A stretch of DNA of 64,000 nt from Eledone cirrhosa. Lineage: Eukaryota. Position 1 is the stretch's first letter; every line of letters begins with the position of its first letter. Below the pieces are notes generated by a model that was not told where the DNA came from, did no database searches, and saw only the letters and a program-made list of their open reading frames with translations. A program made the translations under genes and the position numbers. Location: positions 8,990,001 through 9,054,000 of the forward strand of contig OZ024750.1 of assembly GCA_964016885.1 (NCBI GenBank), written 5' to 3'. Of this stretch, positions 55,754-64,000 are shown piece by piece.

Positions 55754-58700
55754 CTGTCAATTGTCTATTACTCCTTCCCCCTATGGCACCTCCCCACATC
55801 AAGTCTGTTTGTCATCATTCTCTTGCACCTACTCTAGTCCACTCTGTAAAGTGGAGGTGTTATGATAAAATGCACCTAGTCCACTCTGTAAAGTGGAGGT
55901 GTTATGATAAAATGCACCTAGTCCACTCTGTAAAGTGGAGGTGTTATGATAAAATGCACCTAGTATACTCAGTAAAGTGGTAGTAAACAAAGGAATTCCA
56001 CCATAGGACTATTTTACTCAGCTAATTCCCATGAGATAAACACTGGAGTCATAGATTTCAATGTCCAAAATGAAAAAAAGAAAAAGATACTGACCAAGGA
56101 TATATCATCAAGAAGCAGCCCAAAAGCACTGGCACGGTCTGTTAGTTCTTCGGATACTCTCAAGGATACCACTTCACGGTTAGTGATGAGCTCACTAGCA
56201 TCAAACTGAGCCTGTGGCAAAGATTGAATATTCAGGATTAAGAAAATCTCATAAAAAATAAGTTAAACAAGTGAAATTATAAAAATCATTCTTTTTATGT
56301 CCACTTTTCCAGGCAGGCCTATATTGATCAGGACTTTTTGTGGCAGTTTTTCTTTGATTTTTTATGACAAAATGATTTTCCTGGTGCCAACTGATATGTA
56401 TGGCAGATAACTATTATCTTCAAAATGCTTCACTGCAGGACATAAACAAACACTACCACTTGATTTGAACAGTAACAGTCTGAAGACATACATAGTAAAA
56501 TGATATGCATATATTGAGTGCACATTCAATTACAGACTTGTATCGATAGGAAGGGCATCCAGTCATAGAAACCAAGCAAGAAACAGTTCTGTATGAGCAA
56601 GACACGGTCACCTATGCTACCATGGAAAATAAACATTAAACTGTGACAATGATGATGAAAACTAGAGGTGGTTTCAAAAGAGGGTTAAAACATAAATATA
56701 ACAAGACAGTTTTATAATTACTTACTACAATTGCTTTCAAGACTTCATTTGTGATGGATGGCAGCACTTTTTCATCATAGTCAGGACCAAGGTTTGTGAA
56801 AATCTTAGGTAATGACACAATATTTGGTCTGAAAAGAATTCTCAATGTGATGTTGACATTTTGAAGATCTGTGTAAGAAAAAAACGTAGGTAAATATTAT
56901 ATAGAAATATATTTGTCGGGGAGAGTTAGATTAATGTAAGAATTTAATTTGAACTATATTTTAAAAAAAGAAGACAAAAAAATCAGTAAAATTACTCAGT
57001 TCAATTGATTCCTTTTACTCATATTCTCTCTCAATTCACATATGCTTCATTATCTATGTAAATTAACACCTCACATTCATCAAAGAATGCTCACTTCATT
57101 TTTCTCCAGCCATACCCTCTACATTTACAATGTTACATGGAACTCTCACTTTCATGTAGCATCATTTAGCCAGCCTTTCATTCAGAGACCTTTTCCCAAC
57201 CTGTTCTTATTCTATCTATGCTTTCAAAGTAACCTCCATTTAGGTAACAGAAGCTATCAACTTCTTTGGAACATTCATGGGAAAGATTATTTTTTGGGGG
57301 GTCTTACTACTAACTGCCCCTGCGCAGCCTTTTTTTTTTAATTAAAACAAAAATCTGGGTCTTATATGCCATTAAATACAGTCAATTTGTGGTTTATGGC
57401 TACTAAAGTATGAGCAGAGTAAGACAGTCTCAAAGAAAATGTTTAACAACGGACAGAAAAGGTTAGAAAAATTGTAAACAGTTTAGGATAAAACTTATAC
57501 ATAAAACCAATTAAATTATTGTTCATATATCTCACACTTGTATAGGTTTAGCTGGCCCTTAACAGGTGACATCTCCTACGAGGTTCCCTATTAGATGGCA
57601 TCTCTTAGGTTTCTTAAGTCTTTACTGACTGAGGTCTCAGTCATATCATTTCATCATTTTTTAAATGATAAATATCAAGATTTGAACAGAACAGATACTC
57701 CAAGAGATCCCATCCAAGGCTATAATAATTCCAGCAATCCACTGCCTTGGATTGTCTGTGTCGACAATGAAAGTATGATAAGCAAAGCTGACCCTAGTGG
57801 GGCTTGAACTCAGAGCACAAACAGACAGCACATGTACCATAAGGCATTTCCCTTACTCTATATTTACTATTGTATTTTCACGGTAAAGGCTTTACCTCAC
57901 ATATGAAATCTATGAGATTTTGATATTTTTATTTTCCCGCCAAGGTTAACTTTGCCTTTCATCTTTACGGGGGTCGATAAAATAAAGTACCAGTAATACA
58001 CTGGTTAATTGCTGGCCTTGTGCCAAAAGTAGAAACAGAACAATAACTTAACATCAGTATGAACAGCCGGTTACAGCAGGTTTAAACAGAAAGAGGCAAG
58101 AGAATTCTGGCCGGATACAGCTGGTTTAAATGCTAAAGGGTTAATACAATGAATGCTTTCTAAGAATTCTGTCAATTCACTGTCTTAAAAACCAATTATG
58201 ATGTTGGAATAAACAAATATATTCTATCTTACCTTTACTACCTGTTACAACAGGTACATTTCTGGGTCGGGATCGACAATCAAATATTATTGGTTTTTGA
58301 ACCCATGGTATAAGGAAATGAGTTCCTTCCCCAATCACTCGGTCTTGCACTCCACGGAAACGGTCAAATATTACAGCTTGATGACCTCCATCAACTGAAA
58401 ACAGATATTTCATTTTTAAATGTTGAAATAATTAATTGTAAATATTTGGTTGCATGGATAAATATACTGTGGGTTGTAAATAGCAGTAGCATTGAGTCGA
58501 CGTTGATATGTGTGGGATTACATATATATAGAACAATGAAACATTAGTTTCAATCGCTATTCTGTCTGATCGAGATCCAGTTGGCGTGTCCCGTATTAAA
58601 GGTAAAAGATCGATTTACGATTACTTAGGTCAGAATCAACAGGTTCTTTAAATCTGGGATCATATAGTTCAGGGACGTGCAACAGACGGCCCGCCAGACC

Positions 58701-60172
58701 AGTCAGAGTGCCCCACGATGACCGTTTTTAAGTTTTACCTTGTAGACTTATTTAGAATTTTTTTCATAACCGTAATACAATTTTCTGTTAGTTGACCTAT
58801 ATTAAAGGGTTTCACTGAGAGGGTTATGTGTGTTATAATTTCGCAGTTCCATGTTATGGAGGAAAGAAGTTGTGGCGAATCTTTGGAATATTTCTTAATA
58901 AATGTTAATGGCCCTAATAGTTGTTCCAATGTTAAAAAGTAGTCCGCCAATGGAATAAGTTGCACACCCCTGATATAGTTCCTGGTGAGGTAGAGCGAGA
59001 CGATTGTTATCGATTAAATTGACCCTAGTATGCTAATGATAGTTATTTTATCGAACTTGGATGGGTACAAAGTCAGCGGGTTGTTAGTCAGAACAACGAA
59101 ACTAAATAGGCGACACGCTAACAAAATCGTCGTTTTAAAGTGTTGTATAAGAGCCTAGCTACATTAAAGCATACAATAGAATATATTACTGTACAATGCA
59201 ATACTGTAGAGATCAGTGTAATACAGTAACATAGAATAAAATAAATGAAAGGATCTCCGTCCATTCGATGGTGAACGTTCCAGTTGTTTGATAAACGGAT
59301 TGGGGTTGAAGGTGATGGTCAAAGACCAAATAATTTGAACAGAATATAAGTGTTAGTACAATAGTAACTTAATAATACGAGTTTACGATAGTTCCGGACT
59401 TGTGAATGATTGCCCTTGTATCACTTATGCCCTTGGAAAAGACATCCCTATCACAACTTCCCATTTCCTTTGCCAAAAATATTCAGAGAATTATATGTGC
59501 AAAACAAAAAAAACAAAAACTAGCATTAACCAAAAATAAATACTTAAATAAGTTTCTTTTCACTATAACAGCAGAATGAAATAAGAAAATTCAACAGGAA
59601 ATGTAGAAATGTCTCGCTATTTTTTAGGTATTTATTTATTTTATCAGCCCTAGAATAATGTAAGTCGGCATTAATTAATTTTGAATGAAGCATTGAACTA
59701 TATATATTTTTTTCACGTTTATATAGTGAAAATATCCAATATTTTCACGTGCAACTACGTTGTGTTTGACATTAGGGCGGATAACTTTTTGGTAGAAATA
59801 ATAGCTGTTAACATTTAAACTGAAGTCTACACTGATTTATTTTCACCTGATCACAATAATAGACAGAAATATAAATTGTTCAAAGCAATGAAATTATTAA
59901 CTGAATGCAAGAATGTAGACCAATGATAATTTAAGGAAATGACCTTCATACACCGGTCAAAAATATAGAAGGTAAATAAGAAAAGAAAAACATCCACACA
60001 CTACCATGTACATTCATTTACACATTCTCTCACATACATTTAAAACCTTATTGAGATTTATGATTAGATTGCAATATTTCTTACCATTATATAAAGCCGT
60101 TTGAACAACTCCACCAAGAGCAACAAGGCCAAGTCCTAATTTCCCGATAGAACTGAAAATCTTCTGGGCCAT
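54882..60172 (-). CDS. PHB1: Prohibitin 1 (SPFH/band 7 mitochondrial inner-membrane protein), 273 aa
   Basis: Exons 60085-60172 ([16 protein letters not shown]), 58233-58394 ([16 protein letters not shown]), 56726-56868 ([15 protein letters not shown]), 56095-56211 ([10 protein letters not shown]), 55512-55607 ([14 protein letters not shown]), 54882-55097 ([11 protein letters not shown]...TGA). AATAAA on the - strand at 54787-54792. Confidence 0.97.
55835..55980. repeat. 42-bp tandem repeat, ~3.5 copies, in a PHB1 intron
   Basis: Unit cacctagtccactctgtaaagtggaggtgttatgataaaatg. Confidence 0.9.
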
Positions 60173-63099
60173 ATTTCTGAATAGAAAATGCTATTAAAAC
60201 GGTCGGTGGACTTACTTAACTTCCGTTTGTTCCTCGAAAGTAAAATGAAGTAACGATAATTAAGAAATATGATATACAATCTTCAAATATTGTCCTAATA
60301 CAAAAGTATTTCTTTAAACTACTTTGTACCTGAATTACGACATGTGCTTTGGAGCCGACATGCGTACTATGAAAGCGCCCTCAGTCTACTGACTGATACT
60401 AGTTACTTCCCTTTAAAACGTTAATTAGAAAAAATGGGTTAAATTCTTTTATCAGAAAAGAAGATTAATTATTTGACGGAACTAATATTTTATTTTTCTC
60501 TGCTACATAAGATAAACTCCAAAATGATATGGTGTCCTTAAGTAAAACATTTAATATTTATTAGCTTGGTTCACCGTAAATAGGTCGCATGGACAGCTAT
60601 TGATCTTGGCACAAACCTAAATTACTATATAACTATCTCGTTAGCTCCTATCACAGTATGTAGCCCAGTTACTTGGTTTAAATGACGTAAAAAAACTCCT
60701 GTGGAGTAAGATTCTTTTAATTCCTGAGACTAATCTTTGCCTCAAATATTGAGTAACATAACCTAATGGTTAAGAAATTCGTTTCACAATTATTAGGTTG
60801 CTAGTTCGATTCCACTGTGAGGTATCATGTTCGACTTGTGCCATTCTGGGTGAAATTGGGCAGACGGAAACTGTTTGGAAGCCCGTCTGATGGAATGTAC
60901 CTTTAATTCAAAGGACAAGCCATAACACGCTGTCACTTTGAATCTCTCTATGAATTATGTTAAGGGTGCTCGTGTCTGTGGAATGTTCGACCACTTCTAC
61001 GTTAATTTCATGAGCAGACTATCATTGATCGAACAATTGGAACATTCATCGTCGAGAATGACGGAGATCCATTCCAGTCTTTTGCCCCTTCAAAATATGG
61101 AATCTGGATGAAAAAAGGGGTAGTGCAGTCAACATTCCGCATACTCAGGTCATGTGCACATTCAAACCGACGAAGGAACCTTAATTCTAACGTAAACCCT
61201 AACCTGTATATATACACAATAAAGTCAGACGAGATGTTTTCATATGCAACGATCTATTGTCAATGTAAAAAAGACGGAATGGTTACAACTTAAAACACCT
61301 TTGATGATAGCTCTGATCAATCGGGGCTAAACAATAACAAAATAAAAAAAATTCGTTATCACATTTTTACTTTTCCCCTAAAGAAACCATGTCTATAAAA
61401 AAGAAAAAAACTATTGCTTATTTATCTACGTTTCCTCTCATTTATAGCATTTGTAGTCCTTTCCTCTACTTTCCCATACAAACAGACCCGCTCTTCTTTA
61501 CCCCTTCCCCCTTTTTTCTCCTTACTTAATTTTGTTTTTGTCTTTCTTTTTCATATTTATGTAATTATCAATGATTTTTAAGCCAACTTTGTGAGTTTAA
61601 TTTGAATAAAATTTAGCTCTCACAATAACAAGTTATTAACTTCGCACTAGCTGTGAAGTAGCACCGTTTAACTCTTCAGCAAATAGAGTCTATTTTCGCT
61701 AAGTAAGTACGTTACAAGAATTCTCTTAAGTTGCTTTCTTATTTATAATTCCCATGTGATCATTCTCGTTAGTTTCATTCATAACTTGTGGTAAAATCAT
61801 TTATTTATTATGGTAACATATTTGCTGCTAGATGCCTGTTATGTTGTATTGTGTAAAAAGTAGGGATCGAAGAATACAAGACATTTAAATACCTCCTACG
61901 TTTTTTACAGGTAGGTGATTTCTATATATAAAATTTTATAAAATATTTCTTGTGCTATGAAAGGAGAGAGTTCTAGCATTTTGAGTAGGGTCTTATATAG
62001 CCTCAGTCGGATGGTTGTTACAGGTAAAAAGTAAAAGAGTCTATGATTGAGAGAGAGAGCCTGTTGTGAAAGGCGTAAACTTGAAATCATGTAAACAAAA
62101 AAATTAGCGACAGGTGGAATTCCGTTTCAACTAACAGGTGTTTTTTGTTTTGTTTTTGTGTGTGTTTATATCCTAAGCTATATCCATGTTCACATTTAAT
62201 ATGAAGAAATATAGGCGATATTCTATTCTTTGCACAATCTTAGCTTAATAAATCAAAGTATATAGTTATAGTCGTGTAACTATATGTAAATATCACTTCT
62301 GTTCGATATTTGTAGAGCTGGTTACACCGGTATTCCCCATTCTATCTTATTGTGTTTATCTCCCGTCTTCTTTTTTGTTCTGCCTCTGTTTTTATTATTT
62401 CCCTATTGATTTATTCCGTTTGCAAATCACCAACACTGCATTATTTAATACACACCCTTTTACTTGTTGGATTCCTATAATGTATTTTGCGATGTTGTTA
62501 AGTCAGTTTTATATAATATAATAAAACCTTCTTTAATCGAATAGGTCATGTAGCCGATAAACCTTAAAGGGACGCAACACACATCGCTATAGCGTTTCAC
62601 CAGCCCTTCTATTGTCTGTATCTGTTTATGTATTTACGTGTAGATGTGTGTGTATGTAACTAAAGCGTAACGTACGTTACGAATGGACGACTAAATGATT
62701 TTAACTTGTTTTTTAATAATTAATGGTGGAAAATATTTCAAATTATCTTAACAGTTGTCTTAACTCGGATCGCAACTCATGATGTCTGACACTCTTACCG
62801 GCTACATAGCCTCTTCCTTCTTTAATTCTCTCAGAAATGTGTTCCAAGTCTTTCTTGGTCGTCATCTCTTACGGTTTCCTGGCATTTCTTCACCCATCAG
62901 TCATCTTTTTGTGCGTAGTGAGAGACCTTTTGTTGTCAACAGTGGGAGTAGTTCTCTTAAGTATTTAGATATTTGTAAATAGATGTAATATTTATTGTTA
63001 ACAAGGAAAGCAATTCATAATATTTAACTTTTGTTATTTGTATTTTGCAGTGAAGTCTAAAACTTTGCTTCAGGAAAGTTGTGCTCAGAAGATAACACT

Positions 63100-64000
63100 A
63101 TGAGGGCAATATGTCCGTTAACACGCTGTCATATTCTTCTTTTTATCGGATTACTTGTCAACATTGTTATTTTGCTTTATCTTTTAAAAGTTCAAAATGA
63201 TTTACAATATGGACGACCCCAAGTGCAATTCAAAAATAAGATTGAAAAAGTCCAATATGCTGAATTCACAGACTCAGTAACATTAATCATTAGAGAGTTT
63301 GAAGATTTTGAAAACTATGTTGTAGCTACATTAAAGGGAATTTTAGGAATCATACCTGACTTGCAAGTCTTAATTTTTACTGATCATCAGCCATACCCAC
63401 CTCTTTTATTAAATGAAATCCCTAATGCTCGGCTTGTACTTTTACATCCAGGGGCTGAGCAATCTTGGTCTTCATCTCTGCCCCAAACATATATCAAAAC
63501 ACCTTTTTTGCTGATTATTCCAGATGCTGTCAAACTGGTTGATCCACATAGCTTATTGTCTGCTTTTAATTATCTAAAACAACATTCCTATTTGTCTTCT
63601 GTTGCCTTGGTAACTGGGCGAGACCATTCTAGTTGTCTGAATCTCCATGTAGATCTGAGACGCTGGACACTAACTTATGAAAATACTGGTTTATTCCAAG
63701 AATGTGATGCTGTGTCTGGTGAACATGCAATTTTAACACGTTCAGATAAGTTCCTAGAGTTCCCTTTTTCATTTCTACAACCAATGACAACAGGATTTTA
63801 TATCCAGGCAGCTTTAAGAGATTGGAAAAGTATTATTTTCAAAGATTCTGTATTTGTTGGAAACCCTAATTTATTTACTGACCCACACAAGAAATGGAAA
63901 CACAAAAAACAAGTAGCTGTACATCTAAAAAATCTTTACAAACAACTTCGTGTCAAAAAAGTAATTCTTCCCGGAGATGGACATGTCATGTGGTATGGTT
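63100..64000 (+). CDS. FKRP: Fukutin-related protein (ribitol-5-phosphate transferase), 5' part, runs off the window
   Basis: Open frame from ATG 63100 with a type II TM segment (ILLFIGLLVNIVILLYLL) and VTLIIREFEDFEN, QPYPPL, IPNARLVLLHP, PQTYIKTPFLLIIPD, WYG, matching the FKRP stem domain; acceptor ttttgcag at 63050. Confidence 0.92.
   Translation, partial: MRAICPLTRCHILLFIGLLVNIVILLYLLKVQNDLQYGRPQVQFKNKIEKVQYAEFTDSVTLIIREFEDFENYVVATLKGILGIIPDLQVLIFTDHQPYPPLLLNEIPNARLVLLHPGAEQSWSSSLPQTYIKTPFLLIIPDAVKLVDPHSLLSAFNYLKQHSYLSSVALVTGRDHSSCLNLHVDLRRWTLTYENTGLFQECDAVSGEHAILTRSDKFLEFPFSFLQPMTTGFYIQAALRDWKSIIFKDSVFVGNPNLFTDPHKKWKHKKQVAVHLKNLYKQLRVKKVILPGDGHVMWYG

Noticed and set aside
60177-60215. 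39-nt PHB1 5' UTR intron using the GTAAGT at 60215
   Set aside because: Implausibly short; a donor at 60329 (153-nt intron) is more likely, but neither can be confirmed.

Overview
AT-rich, intron-rich eukaryotic DNA. The SINE/LINE content and (TA)n expansions look like an octopod cephalopod, but this is inference and the species cannot be fixed from the sequence. Four recognisable genes were assembled by hand from GT-AG exons. (1) A secreted GH18 chitinase with three CBM14 chitin-binding domains (+, 9019-25794, 12 coding exons, 601 aa), whose catalytic motif reads FDGIEIDWEYP. (2) Cytosolic 5'-nucleotidase III, NT5C3 (+, core exons 46393-52053, with candidate upstream exons). (3) Prohibitin, PHB1 (-, 60172-54882, 273 aa). 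(4) The 5' part of fukutin-related protein, FKRP (+, from 63100, running off the window). An intronless orphan ORF lies at 53310-53702/53885 (-). Mobile DNA includes a 5'-truncated but uninterrupted CR1-like RT, RTE and CRE-like fragments, many tRNA-derived SINEs, and hAT- and piggyBac-like MITEs. The most notable hidden signal is about ten type-I hammerhead ribozyme motifs from several unrelated families. They sit in short elements mostly next to (TA)n microsatellites, often as head-to-head palindromes in which only one arm carries a 3' tail, which is the architecture of Penelope-like retroelements. A tRNA-headed element shows the same architecture and is a candidate Penelope-mobilised SINE.
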